A DNA stretch of 64,000 nucleotides from Octopus vulgaris (Eukaryota). The stretch spans positions 24,986,001-25,050,000 of the forward strand of contig OX597827.1 of the NCBI GenBank assembly GCA_951406725.2. The letters are read 5' to 3'. Positions 40,403 to 53,877 of this stretch are shown piece by piece. Within the stretch, counting starts at the first letter, position 1. Each line of letters opens with the position of its first letter. The position numbers and the translations under genes are program-made. Under the pieces are notes generated by a model. It made no database searches, was not told where the DNA came from, and was given only the letters and a program-made list of their open reading frames with translations.

Positions 40403-41378
40403 TCTAATTTCTATATCATTGAGCAGTTTCTTCAAGTGCTCAATCAAACCCTAAAATACCATTCTCTTGCAGATCGTCCTCAATAGTAGCAAGAACTGAA
40501 ACTGCATCATCTTACGCCCAATATTGATTCTAAATAAAGTTTTCCAAACAGAACATTAGGAGGCTCTTTGAAAATTAAAGGATTTGTATTTCTACCTTGT
40601 AGCTGTTTGTTTAGCAAATTTAGTTTTTCACATATATCTGTAAGGTAAAAAACGTCCCATTTGCTTGCTAGGAGTATCTTTTTTTACTCAGCTATTTACT
40701 ATTCAGAAACATTACAGCATCGTCTCAAAGTCCAACAAAACGACGCAGGCAATTACCTTTAGAGATTGTTATCGGTTTTATGAACTTCAAAGCAGTAACA
40801 TAATACTTAATCCATCCAAGACCTTCCAATGCCAATTTGAAACATGATTGATCAATAACGAATTATTATCGAAGTATTAAATAAACCCTTTTTTCCTTTC
40901 ACGACAGATTTTCAATTGCAGAAAGTAAATTGTCTGTATGTGCGTGTGTATATATTTTAGTATATAAATTTCGAAGTGTTACAGACAGTAACAGAAAAAT
41001 TTTAGGCGAAACCAGATTGGTAGTTGTGTGGTTCTTTTCATTTGTCTGTGACACCATCTACTTCCAAAGCTTTTCTATGGACCGACTGAACTTTAGGGTC
41101 ATATGATCCCAGTTCGGCAAACAACACTGTTTTAAGATGGACTTTTAGAACTTCCTTCTTCAATTTGTCTTTTCTTTATCTGAGACGATAAGGTCAAACT
41201 TGAGGTAGAGTTGGCTCATATTTCTTGTTGGTCCAACGACCAAGTTGAAAGGAAGGGGTTCGAGGACATTCTTCCTGGAATACAATATAGACGTATAAAA
41301 AAGGGTCTTTTATTATTCCTTGCCACTAATACTCTCCCCGATGCTGTGGTAAAAGTTGGTTCATGGATTATTACATAC

Positions 41379-41531
41379 GTTTAATGGTTTTATTTTTGTA
41401 CACATGTGTTGCCTTCCAAATGGTTTCTAATATTTTCATTGGCGCTACTGTCTACGATAAATGACTTTTGTTCGTTATTAAAGATTGTAACATATTTTAA
41501 TTGCTTCTTTTTGTTTTGTTTCTGTTGACAG
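41379..41531 (+). promoter_or_regulatory. Conserved 3' intron segment and splice acceptor of channel exon B
   Basis: Same pyrimidine tract and gttgacAG (AG at 41530-41531) as exon A. Confidence 0.85.
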
Positions 41532-42707
41532 ATTTTTGGCATGATAACAGTTATGTTTATTATACTGTCCGTAATGTCTTTCATCGTAGCTACTCATCCT
41601 GCCGGCCGAATAGAAGGGGATCGTGACATTTTGGGACGATTACACAGAAACAGAACGAAATTAAGTGTGCCTCATCCTGCATTGGTCACAATCGATTTTA
41701 TTTGTCTCGCATTCTTCACATTTGATTTAATCACAAGGTTCATCACTTGTCCAGAATGGAAAAAATTCGTTCGGGATACTTTGAATATTGTGGATTTCAT
41801 TGCGATTCTTCCTGATTATATCGACATTATTGTTGTCTACACAGTTGAGGCAAATGTTGCATTGGAAACCATGCACTACGTGAATTTTTTAAGAATCTTT
41901 CGTGCCCTCAGGATTTTCCGCTTGGTCCGTTATGTTCCAGGCTTGTGGATCATGCTGTACACATTCAAAGCCAGTTTCTGGGACTTGTTGTTGATGATTT
42001 GTTTTATGAATGTCGGTATGATTATGTTTGCCACTTTCATCTATTACGCCGAGGAGGAAAATTTCCCCAATATTTTCATTGGTATGTGGTGGGCACTGAT
42101 CACTATGACTACGGTTGGTTATGGAGATATGTCTCCATCAAGTAACTTAGGGTACCTTGTTGGCTCGTTATGTGCTGTCACTGGTTTGTTAATGGTCGGT
42201 TTCACTGTTCCTATAATCGTCAGTAATTTTGTCATGTACTACAAACATATGCAATCCATGCAAGAAGCAGGGAAACGTGAGGAAAAAGCTCAGAAAGATT
42301 TGGATCTGCTGCAAAAGTTGATAGAAAGTGAAGAAACAAGTGAACTAACAACCGAAGACATGGGACCTGAGACTTCGTCGGAAAAGCGTTCTAATGAATC
42401 AGAAGAAAAACGTAAACAACATCTGAATTCGTCAAAATTTCCTCCGCCATCTTACGACAGTTTGCCATCTCGCACTAATCACCGGCGCTTGCGTGTAGGA
42501 ATAGCTCGAAATTACATGCTTGCCAATAATAATAAGCAGACGACAAATGGATCACATGTATTAAAGAAACCTCCTAAAGAAACTGGGAATTCAGTACCAA
42601 GCAAAAATAATCGGGATAATTCAGACGTTCATCAGCATATGAATGATGAAAACTCAAATATCAACTGTGGACCAGAGATAAACGATCTTGAAACATCTAT
42701 GTTATAA
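41532..42707 (+). CDS. Voltage-gated K+ channel, Shaw/Kv3-like, S1-S6 plus long tail (terminal exon B; no T1 exon visible)
   Basis: Acceptor, then IFG into ORF 41541..42707. S4 is FLRIFRALRIFRLVRY, the pore is WWALITMTTVGYGDM and S6 is GSLCAVTGLLMVGFTVPIIVSNF. Confidence 0.92.
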   Translation: MFGMITVMFIILSVMSFIVATHPAGRIEGDRDILGRLHRNRTKLSVPHPALVTIDFICLAFFTFDLITRFITCPEWKKFVRDTLNIVDFIAILPDYIDIIVVYTVEANVALETMHYVNFLRIFRALRIFRLVRYVPGLWIMLYTFKASFWDLLLMICFMNVGMIMFATFIYYAEEENFPNIFIGMWWALITMTTVGYGDMSPSSNLGYLVGSLCAVTGLLMVGFTVPIIVSNFVMYYKHMQSMQEAGKREEKAQKDLDLLQKLIESEETSELTTEDMGPETSSEKRSNESEEKRKQHLNSSKFPPPSYDSLPSRTNHRRLRVGIARNYMLANNNKQTTNGSHVLKKPPKETGNSVPSKNNRDNSDVHQHMNDENSNINCGPEINDLETSML

Positions 42708-43149
42708 AGACATTGGTATTGCCGGGCGACAATCGGGTGAAAGCCGCCGCCATTGTATATCATTAACTTCCACTATTCAAATGTTGCTGTGATTTTGCTT
42801 ATTTTAATATTTCTAATGTTGATACCCTTAATACCTGCAGTCAGTACGAGTCGTTGATTCTTATAAATTACATATCACCACGCCGTCTATAAAAGAAGGC
42901 ACCAGAAATTACTATGATAATGTTGCTGCTGCTGATGATAATACTAATATTAAAAGTAATAAATTAATAAGTAAAATAATAATGATTTTTTTATTTGCCA
43001 ACATGGCGACAGACGAAGAGACAACTGAGAGAGACAGAGCGAAATGTGGAGTTTTATATAGAAAAATCGAATGCGAACAAAGATGACGTAAGATAGTATA
43101 TAAATTGTATACTATTATTTTATAATGATGATGATGATGATGATGATGG

Positions 43150-45130
43150 TGCCGCCTTCCTGGTGCAAAAGATCGTGAATCTAGGACCGATCGAATGAAT
43201 AATTCCACAAGATCATTCTGGAGAACAAGGGCAAGCGTCCTCCATCCTTCAGATGTATATTCAGAGTAATCACATCTACTCCTACCATTTTCCTAACTCT
43301 CGCTTATCTTGAAGGCGGTGCCACCACTTTAACCCTACTCCCATTTTTCAAGTGAAAGTTGGAAATGTCTATGAGAACTCGGCCAATAGTCGTATGTACC
43401 CTACGTGCGACAGCTGCTGTTTGATATAACTCTGCCAAAAATCCTCTAAAGGTTGCTTGAGTGGAAATTTCGCGATACGAAAACGGTTTCCACGAGTGAT
43501 CATTTATGAGAATATGTTGCTGTACATTGCAGTGAGCAAGCCTATGAAATGAGTTCGTTTCCTGGTTAACTTTATCGAAAGCTTTCAAGCGATCCAACTT
43601 GGTACGGGTCCCACAGAACTCAACCTTGTCAGTGATGTTTTACTGGGGTAGGAATTGATGCATACAGTCTTAAGTTCTTTAAGTTTGCGTTTATCACTGT
43701 AATGGACCAAGTGTTGTCTACAACATATCTCTTGTTGGTATCCTTTTTTCAGCTGTATTACTACACTTCAGTTCACAGCACTTGGAATTCTCTTATTCCG
43801 CAGTCAGTTGCGGTAGACATCTTCCAATAGGCTACCCAGAAATCTAGCATGTATTTTTCAATATCAGGTTAGATCTTCGAAACCAGGATATTCGCTCCTC
43901 GTGCAACTCCTTCCTGTCTCCCGTATTTCAGTCGATATTATCATCTTCTGCCATTGATCGCAATAGGCCGACGAGGTAGGCAGTAAACTCCACTACCGTT
44001 TACAATTCATTGTCCACCTCTAAGTGTCGGACCAATTAGTGTTAGAAAGCCATACACATCTGTTCAGAACCGAGTATCTTGCGCCCGTCTATGTTCATCA
44101 AATACTAGATTGGGATTTGGTTGCTATGTCATTCTTCGCCCACTCCGGCCTATTGGAAAGCTTTTTGTTCCCCACAATTGTTTAGTGCACGAGCATTAGC
44201 TCTGGCAACATAACATTTGTGTTTTGTGCTAAAAGCTATTCTCGCCGCTAGTCTGTTGGTCGTGTAGCTTCTCAAACAACCTCTCTATTAATAACTCTTC
44301 AATAAACGCTACCGAGCCTCTCTATTCACCCTCCTCGGGATCATCATCGCTGGTTGTTGACAATTCCTTTCGACAACTGTTCCCTAGTTTGCTAATCCGA
44401 TCCTGTTGCCTTTCCAGTAACTGAATTTCTGTCAACGGGCCCTATCTATATCGATCGTGTAGACCTCAAATCTCTGCTATTCTTATCTGCTGGTCAGACA
44501 AAGACTCTTTTTTAGACACGGGTCCAAGACAATTTCCAGTCCATTGAGGTCTAAAGGTTTCACGAATAATACATCGACCCTTCTTCAGATCCTTAGAGAT
44601 CACGGAATGAGTATACCTTTTAGTCGATTACATTTGCTCCAGAGATTCTGGTCTCTCTAATAGCCATCACATCTATATCCAGTGACCTGAACTCGTCGAA
44701 CAAGTTGAACCCAGTCAGCACACATTTATCTGAGTGAAGAAATTTTGATTAAAGAAAAAAAAACTGAGAAGGTCACTCATTAAGTCCTCGAAAGACCTGT
44801 TGACCCGGTTACCTCGTTTGATAAGTAGGAGATATCAAAGGAGACTTTAAAAATCCTTTTGTTGTGCTTCTTTCTAAAAAGGCAAACATCAAAGAGATTA
44901 TTTTCCTTCGACTGTCTATATGTTTGGAAATTCATTTCCACCTATAATCTCTCTTTACAATCTCCTTCGTCAATTTAGTATTTGTTGTTTATTTTTCTTG
45001 ACCTTTTTTATCGATTTTGTTTTTTGCTTCCTTTCGTTGTGATGGTTATGGTTATCAGTTTTGCTTAAACTGCTGCTTCTATTCTTATTTATTTTGCTTC
45101 TGCTTTTGCGGCTCTAGTTGAGTTTGTCGT
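43150..45130 (-). mobile_element. Decayed L1/Tx1-like LINE (endonuclease and RT remnants)
   Basis: Reverse strand has LDIDVMAIRETRI (APE-like, around 44650-44690) and KAFDKV (RT, around 43570-43590). Confidence 0.6.
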
Positions 45131-45169
45131 CACTAGTTTGGTTCTTGTAGATGCTGCTTGTTTGTTTGT

Positions 45170-45535
45170 TTGTCTGTTGAGCGAAGCGGTCTTCGCACGT
45201 AGTGGGAGAAGTCCGATACGTCGTCCTTTGCTATTCGTAAGACCCGCAGAAGAGAAAGCAGGTCAACCCCCAACACCGAGAGAATCGACGGATGGATGAA
45301 TGTGCATCCAGGCTCAGCGGTTGCGTAGGAAGTCGGGGATAAAAAATAGGAAGAAAGAGTGAGAGAAAGTTGGAGCGAAAGAACACAACAGAAGTCGCCA
45401 CCACCCCCTATCGGAGCCTCGTGGAGCTTTAGGTGTTTTCGCTCAATAAACACACACAACGCCCGGTCTGGAAATCGAAACCGTGATCCTCCGACCGCGA
45501 GTCTGCTGCCCAAACCTCTGGGCCATTGCGCCTCA
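45170..45535 (-). mobile_element. tRNA-derived SINE, fourth family
   Basis: Reverse strand: gaggcgcaatggcccagaggtttgggcagcagactcgcggtc...ttcgatttccagaccgggcg..gagcgaaaacacctaaagctccacg. Confidence 0.8.
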
Positions 45536-46063
45536 ACTGTAGATGCTGCTTTTGATGTAGGGTCGGCAGGAGTGTGGGACTGATGCCTACCACTACCGAC
45601 TACTGGGCGCGCCCTTTCGTATAAGAAGAGGTTAAGTATTTCTTAAATATTTTCATGTTCTCTCTTTATGTTTATCGCCATACTCGGACCCAATCAGCCA
45701 CTGTCTTAGTGTAACCTTTCTATATTCAGGATGCTCCGCACACGTTCATCACACACACGATGATAATTATCGAAAACCAGATGTCTATTTATGGCGAACA
45801 TCATTCAGCTTTAACATGACCAGACTTTTCTCCACGCTGGAGGGAATACACAAAGTTTTCTTATTCTTTAAATGTGCAACAATGCGAGTTTGCACCTGTT
45901 TTACCGAGGCAACGATCACGTCTATCGCGCTGATTTCCTTACCACGATAAGCAAATGTGGGATTTCACGTAAAAAAACCCTGCGATTTTCTTGGAAAACT
46001 CAGAGTAAAGGCTTGGTGTGACTTCCTTGTACTGTAGCAATGGTGTTAATGATGATGATGCCT

Positions 46064-46121
<58 letters not shown>

Positions 46122-46786
46122 GATAATCTTTTCTTTATTTACACTTGAAGGGATACAGGAAACTACGATGTAACAATAAACAGGGAGCTTTACACATGTG
46201 GGGTCGGGCGGAGAAGATATAGGAAGACGAGGAAAGGCGTGTAGGAGTGTACAATATATAACTGGACGAATTCATCATTTATAAACCACAAATTTACATG
46301 GAAATAAGTATAAAAAAATTATAACACATGCGATAAATAAAACGAGTTTTTTTATAAAAAATTAATTAAAATCTAAATTTGTGTTAACCAAGGTACCCCC
46401 ACTTCACAGATAACGTCTGCTGTGTGCTTCCTTATTGGATTGTTCAAAGTAGAAAGAGGAAAATCTTCGGGAAGTAATTGTGTTCATTTTGGCAAGTGAG
46501 AAGCCACTTCTTGTGTATTGTTATAAAATATCATTTCGTAAACTGGGGTTAACTTTGCCTTTCATCCTTCCAGGGTTGATGAAATAAGTACTAGTTGAAC
46601 TCTGGTCAACCTCCCCTCACCACAAATTGCAGGTCTTGTGTCTATTGTCGAACTTTACTCTGTAAAGTCTGAGATTTGAACTATTGTTCTCTGTGTTTAT
46701 TTCTGTTATTCGGTTTGAAATAAAATACTATTTCCTTCTCATTAGCATATCACTCATGGATATTTCAAACATGTCTTATTAGAACA

Positions 46787-47080
46787 TGGAGGCACATGGC
46801 TTAGTGGTTAGAGCAGCGGACTCGCGACCGAGGGATCGCGGGTTCGAATCTCAGACCGGGCGATGTGTATGTTTATGAGCGAAAACACCTAAGCTCCACG
46901 CGGCTTCAGCAGAAGGTAATAGCGAACTTCTGCTGACTCTTTCACCACAACTTTCTCTCACTCTTTCCGCTTGCATCTTGCAGCTCACTTGCGACGGACC
47001 GGCGTCCCGTCCAGGTGGGGAACCTATACGCCAAGGAAACCGGGAAACCGGCCCTTATGAGCCAGGCATGGCTCGAGAAG
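46787..47080 (+). mobile_element. tRNA-derived SINE, fourth family
   Basis: A box tggcttagtgg, B box ggttcgaatc, then gagcgaaaacacctaagctccacg. Confidence 0.8.
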
Positions 47081-47539
47081 AATTTAAAAAAACTTAGAAC
47101 AGTGTTTTATTATTTTCGAGAATGGTTATGAATTCTATATCGTTTTAGCTCGCAGTTCACCGGTTCTCTTTCATAAAATATGGTTTCTTTCTTTCTCAGC
47201 GGAAAAAAATGTACTTTATGACAGAAAGTGTGCATCATCTCGCTATCTTTTAAGAGTATATCCTTGCTTTTTACCCTATCGGGTCGATTTTTGTTTTTGT
47301 TATTCCTCCCCTGCCTCATTAGCCTCTTTTCGATTCTCATCTTCGTTACTCGATGGATTAGTCATAACGTGTGGGGTGCTTTTGGGATTCATGGTTCGCT
47401 CCTGGCAACTAGTTTCATTTAGCACCTCACAAGTTGTGTAAGGTGTCGTCATAGAACAGGCACTCTCCAAAACATGGTTGCTTTGGTTCTTTTGAACTTT
47501 CTACACAGAACATATTTAGTTGGAATTTGCTTCCACATA

Positions 47540-47760
47540 CGTGGCAGCTTTTGATACTCATCTTTAAGGGTTTCCTTTTAGTACTCTCAACAGAAGACAG
47601 TTTTGGGATGGGTTTGTGCTCTTATAGGGTTAAGAGGATATGTTCCTCTTGACTACCTTTCGTCAACCGTTATGTCTGCACTAATCCCTTACTCATATTG
47701 TATCCCACACCAAGAATCACTAAACACGTTCCAACATCATCCCTGATGTTCCTGATGAAA
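47540..47760 (-). mobile_element. Possible piggyBac-like transposase remnant
   Basis: Reverse strand reads SADITVDE, resembling the piggyBac first catalytic motif. Little other support. Confidence 0.25.
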
Positions 47761-48519
47761 CCATGTTTCTGCTTCCCAAATGCTACGCAATTAGCTTATG
47801 GTCAGGTGTTTCGTGTACTAATTGAGGTTGGGATTTGAAGACGTTAGCGGGATTTGAACCCAGAGCGTAAATAACTGAAATAACTACCGCAGATATTTTC
47901 TTCAGCCTGCCAACAATTCTATCAATCAACCAATGAGAAATAATTTGAAAAATAGAAACATCACTTAACCCACGTTCTCTTTGACACAGCCACGGTGTTT
48001 CTTCATATCCCCCAAGGAAAATTTGGAGACGGCCCTGGTAGATATTTTAAGCGAAATCTTTATTATTGCGAGAAGCAGAGTATATGACACCACAGTGTCA
48101 TCTGTTAAACATACAACAGCGTTAAAAATCAAGTTAAAATTATCAATAAATTAGTCTTGCAATATCTGAGAAGAAGAAACACAAGGCTCACCGTCAAGGA
48201 CATCGGTGAAGATGTTAATTCCTGACTGGTAGTCATCTTTGTGGCATTTTGTAGACAGGAAATCAGTGCAGACGCATCTTTTGGTAACAATGTTTTGATA
48301 GAGTTGCAATGAAAAATAAAGGTTATCATAAGCCACAACCTCTTGGTTATGATGTGGGGAAAATATGGAAAAAAAAAATAAAACAAGAAATATTTAGGTC
48401 AAGTATTTTAATATCATCCTATGAATCTGTTCAAAACGTGGAGTTCTTTCATTTGATCATATTATCGTTTCTTTAAGCAGAGTTATTTTAGATTTGGAGA
48501 CATTTTCTCTTATTAAAAA

Positions 48520-49420
48520 TCTATACATTTATACACGAGAGTCGTCTCTTAAACCATACCAGAAAAGGAGGATTTGAATTTGTTCTTGAAAATTTGTAAA
48601 TGTTCACTAAAAACTATTTTCTATAATTCCGGATGATGCATTTGTTATGTATCTTTGTTCATTCACATAAAGAGTTGTTAGACTGGCCGATGTAATTGAT
48701 GAAGGTTTCATATGTTGTATATCATATCCGCATATATCTTGAAGGATCGCCTAGTTTTGAGTTTCATCTCCGAGCCAGTTTCCATCTGGTTGTAATTTTA
48801 AATGCTACATACTTCATTTCTGCTATTGCTGCAAGTTCTGAGAGAAAATTTTCTGCTATGAATTTTGGCCATGTGAAGAATCCGTTGAAGGTTTTTGATT
48901 AACGTTCGGTCTTGATGTCTAGCCTTTGAGAATCAAATCCTTGACTTCCTTCTGCGCTACAAAAAATGACTGGGGTTTCGTTTTGATGTAAGTGTATAGG
49001 TCAGACACTCATTGGTCAAAAGTGTTGAGAAATAAGATTACATTCTCTTTGATTGCTGGTGTTCTAAGTTGCAGTATATTTCTCTTTTTATTCCTGTTAA
49101 TTTCAGTGGATATTACGGTAGTTTTAGAAAGTCTTTAAGATCGTCCGGTTGCATAAGTCGTTGGTCTAGATTGATCACTATTGCAAATATGCATCTTGTT
49201 ACGCAGTATGTGATATTTCGTTTGATGCATGAAAGACGACACAAGTAAAAATTTAAATATTAGCCTCTTTAAAAAATATGTCTGTTGTTAACCTGGAATC
49301 ATATAATTTAACAAGGATGTTCATGAATGGTAGCTTATTCTCTCTAACTTCCATTGTAAATTTAGTGAACAGATAGGTGTTTACGTTGTTATGAAACATA
49401 TACAGTTTTTTTTTTCTGAT
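48520..49420 (-). mobile_element. Decayed Penelope-like element (RT thumb and GIY-YIG endonuclease remnants)
   Basis: Reverse strand reads KFTMEVRENKLPFMNILVK (around 49307-49365) and NYIGQSNN (around 48675-48698), in the PLE domain order. Confidence 0.7.
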
Positions 49421-50429
49421 CTATTCCAAAGTGTCCATGCGAAAGTGTAGGCGTACATAATATTGAAATTACGACGTCCATAGCATTGAACTAATTAAAT
49501 CCTTAATCAGTCGATAAAATGTCATGTTAATGAAATACACAATCAACTAAAGCCGAAACAAATGCCACCGATCACTGTATCCGAAGCGCTAACGACTTCA
49601 CCTTCAGTTTGCGATGTATTATACTCCAATTGGTTGAGTTTTATAACTAAACCGGTAATAATATCTACACCAGATATATTAATATTTCTTTCAGAAAACA
49701 ATAACTGCACCACAAGAACAAACTTTCCTTTCAGCTGCTAAAAATGTAAGAGAGTTAGACCATGCTCACCCCTCCGTGGATTAACTTTATTTTTCATTAT
49801 TCTGCAAATTTTAAATAAAATAAATTTCTAGTTACATAATAAGGCACTGAATTATAATTTATGTCACAACTGTTGACCCTACATCCGATTCCTGACGTTT
49901 GACCACCGGATGTAGATGTTTGTAACTTTTCCTGAATTTCTGACGTATTTAGGAAAAGCAAGATTCATTGGTTTCTGCAACTACCCGCATCTATCGTGTT
50001 CTGTGAATAATGTAGTGTTTAAGATAAGGAAATCAGTCTTAGTTTCTAAATAGTGATAAAATAAAAAGAATTTATTATTATAAACCACAGCGTCGACATT
50101 GTCATCGCGGATATTTGAGAGTTCTAAGTGATGGGCGATCTCGTTACGGGCTTAACTGAAGGGAAGACATCTACATGTTAGAAGCTATAATTCTTTGCTG
50201 TTGCTGCTGTTCCTCAGAGTGTCAGGCGCGTTCGAACTGATCTATGTTCAGCGGATTTTCAACCATCATAATCCCGTTTAACACTAAATTATCCAATGGG
50301 ACCTCCATTTCTTCAAATGGTAGATGAACATTTGAGGGAGTCTGGCAACTATTTTTAGCAATTGTTACGACATTATTGAGGTTAATTTGTTGGCTCACAC
50401 ACATTGACATCGTGTCGACAGATCTCAAT

Positions 50430-50880
50430 ATCCTGACCCTGACGATTGTGGTCACAGACCTTGACGATCGAAGACGTTGGTCTTGGTGATCGGAGTCACT
50501 GACTGTGATGTCTGAACTAACTGAACTTGATGGACGGACTCACTGTTCTTGCTGATTGTAGTCATTGACTCTGACAACTAAAGCCACCAACTTTCACGAT
50601 TAGAGTCACTGACCTTGATGACTGGAGTCGCTGACCTTGACAACCAGAGTAATTACTTTTGAAGACTGGAGTCGTTGACTATGACGACTGGTACTTCTGA
50701 CTTTTACATTTGGAATCACTGATCGTGACACAGAGTCGCTGACCTTCATCGCTGGAGTCACTGACTTTGGCGATTGAAGTGACATTGGTGAGTGGAGTCG
50801 GGAATCTTGATTAGTGGAGTCGCTGACCTTGCCTAGTAGAGTCGATGATTTTATCAAGAGTCGTTGACATTGACGATTGG
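50430..50880. repeat. Degenerate minisatellite, ~21-24-nt unit ctggagtcgctgaccttgacga
   Basis: More than ten imperfect copies of gagtc(g/a)ctgac(c/t)tt are visible. Confidence 0.75.
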
Positions 50881-51129
50881 GTTTTTGATGTGGAACTTCC
50901 TCTAAAAATGCAATTTACAGTGATTTATCGAGTGACAGATATTTTGAAATGACATTCACACTTCACTACAACACAGCACTCGTCATTTACATTGCCTCCT
51001 CTGTCTATTAAATCAATTGAATGAAATTGTTATTGTTGTTTAGCTCTGATCCAGCACATTATTGATCAACACTGCAACACCCGTAATCATATCATTTGTA
51101 TTCTTTACTCACCACTCACGCACACACAC

Positions 51130-51196
<67 letters not shown>

Positions 51197-53037
51197 ATCG
51201 CAGACTTGTGTGTATATATACATGCATACATTGCAATCTTTATATCCTAGCTAATGTGTACATACTTATATATTTTAAGAACGCCATATTGCTGCAGTAT
51301 TCGTGCTTCAAAGCACCTCGTTTAGATGTATAGTTTTAAAAAGCACAGAAATATCAGCGGCAGACAAAACATGCTTAGCATCTTCGGTGGAACTGTTACA
51401 TCGCGCAATTTCTGCTTGTTTGTGCTTCATTAGCAGGAGGTGTACACTCTCACCATATGTTCGCCAAACATAGTTTTCTCTGCTTTATAGGACTATGCGT
51501 CTATACGAGATGCTCCCTCAAGACAAGTAACGCAGTGCCGTTCTGCGCTTTTGGCTGACTACACAACATTCAGTTAGATATTTTACCCAGTGGGTTTGGC
51601 TTGAAAGCGCTCGTATGGTGCATAGTTGGTCCTTAGCAACTTAACAGAAATCTGCTTAGGATTTTAATATTTTCAGAGAGGCGACCTGGTTTGAATATCT
51701 GCACCACCGTGGTTTTCGCTAAAGGTATGAACAGGGCCACTTGATAGAGTTAAACGGATGCTGGACTAAGTCTATTTTTCAACAACAAGAATAGTGTTTT
51801 CATATGGACTTCATACGAGTCAACTGAATACTGTATTAGAAACGACTCGCCAAAGTTGCCGGACGTTGAGAATGAACATGGAGCCGTTTCAATGAAGAGC
51901 GAATATGTTAACTAAATTTCATGTCATGGAAGAAAAGCTCGAAACTTACAAAACTGTGTGAATGCTTTCATTATTAATAAATACGAAAACGAAAATTACG
52001 AGAATGACATTTTCAAATACGCAATAAAAGAAATAAAAATAATTACTAAATATTAGAATAAATACATTTATGTATTTGGTTTGGAAGCTCCTTGATGTGA
52101 AATCGTGTTCTGAAACATATATTGTTATATTTATGGACGGCCATATTGCCAGTAAACACACACGCTATATATTTGATCTTCACGCCGAAGAACAGATAGT
52201 TATTGAAGAGGTCACAGAATGTGTGACGAAAGAACTTTGACAAACAAACTAATAATAATAATGATAAGGCTAAAATGGCAGTCAAATAATAGTTCGTTTG
52301 GTTACTGGCAAAAGGACCCTCCCTATATATAACGATGAATAATAAAATTCAAAATAAATTAAAATAAAATGAAAGAATACAGTAATTAAAATGAACAAAC
52401 AGTAAAATAAATAAATGCAAAATGAAAATAAAAGAATAATTAAATGAAATATACGTCACTGACAGTGAAAACGAAGTATAAAGTAGAACAGAAAGAAGGG
52501 AGGTAAGTCTAACTTCTCGATCTAAGGGAGATAATTCAGATATTTTTATTTTCGTAATGGACGTTATCCTGTCAGAGTGACATTTAATTCTCGACTCATC
52601 GCGATAAAGTAGGGTTTTCATGAAAGGCACTCCAGTCGTGGCCAACTGTTCTGTTATTTTGTTTTCGTAGAAAGACTGGTGAACAGATAAATATGTAAGA
52701 CGAAATATAGAATGAATTTAAGGAGAGTCTGCGATATATCAGATCGAAGAATACATGCCTGTCGTTGGTGAACTTTACTGATGTTTCTTACCAATTTATA
52801 TACTTTAAGGCAAGTTACACGCTTATACATACATACATACATACATACATACATACATACATACATACATACATACATACATACATACATACATAGGTTC
52901 ATTAGGCTTAGAAATTTACATAAAAACCTAGAAATACTTTGACTTTGGAAAAACGATCAAAGGAAACTGATTCGCATTCTCCCAATCCGATCTATTAATA
53001 GCACAGTCAAAATCTGTTGGACACTACAAAGATTCTA

Positions 53038-53308
53038 CAGTTCTATATTTAAGAGATGAGGAATTATTTACATTATTTACATCATTTACATTTGACGGAT
53101 ATTTGTCCTCATCTTGTTTGTTGTTAACACAATGTTTCAGCTGATATACCCTCCAGCCTTCATCATGTGTCTTGGGGAAATTTTGAACCTCAGTTCTCAC
53201 TCCTAAGGTATTTTCGATGTTATTATTATATGCCCACCGACATATGGCGTAGTGGTTAAGAGCGCGGGCTACTAACCCTATGATTCTGAGTCCGATTCCA
53301 GGCAGTGA

Positions 53309-53381
<73 letters not shown>
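53038..53381. mobile_element. tRNA-head/(AAT)n/hammerhead-tail element: inverted tail (53038-53229), head (53237-53313), (AAT)n
   Basis: The tail is the reverse complement of 58582-58756, with a mutated core. The head has A box tggcgtagtgg (53245-53255) and B-box-like gagtccgattcc (53288-53299). Confidence 0.7.
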
Positions 53382-53382
<1 letters not shown>

Positions 53383-53877
53383 TTCTCTGGTCGAACACAA
53401 CTTCTCTATTCACAAACAATACAGGACACCCCTTCCTTAATTTTTCTTAAGGCTAATAGTAGTAAACATCTGAACTTTTTTTGACCCCACCCAAAAAAAA
53501 AAAAAAAAAAAAAAAGATAGTAATAGTGCTGATATTCTATCTATCTATCTACACACACACACACACACAAACCTCACCTCGGCTCTATTGTTAACCAAAT
53601 ATGAAAGTATTATTTGACAGGCAAGAACTCTGGCATTGAAGACAGTCAGCCAGCCAACCACCAAGCCAGCCAACGAGACAGACAGACACTACTGTGATGG
53701 TGATAATGATAAAAAAACAAAAATAACAATAATAAGATACTGCTGTGACTACACATAAGACAATATCATTGATGATGATGGTGGTGATGGTGATGGTGAT
53801 GATGATGATGATGATGATGGTAATGGTGGTGATAATGATGATAGTGATGGTAATGGTGAAGATAATAACAATAATAA

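Noticed and set aside
46787-46860. Functional tRNA genes at tRNA-like heads (also 53237 and 60666)
   Set aside because: Each runs into repeat-family body sequence, with no convincing acceptor stem or oligo-T terminator.
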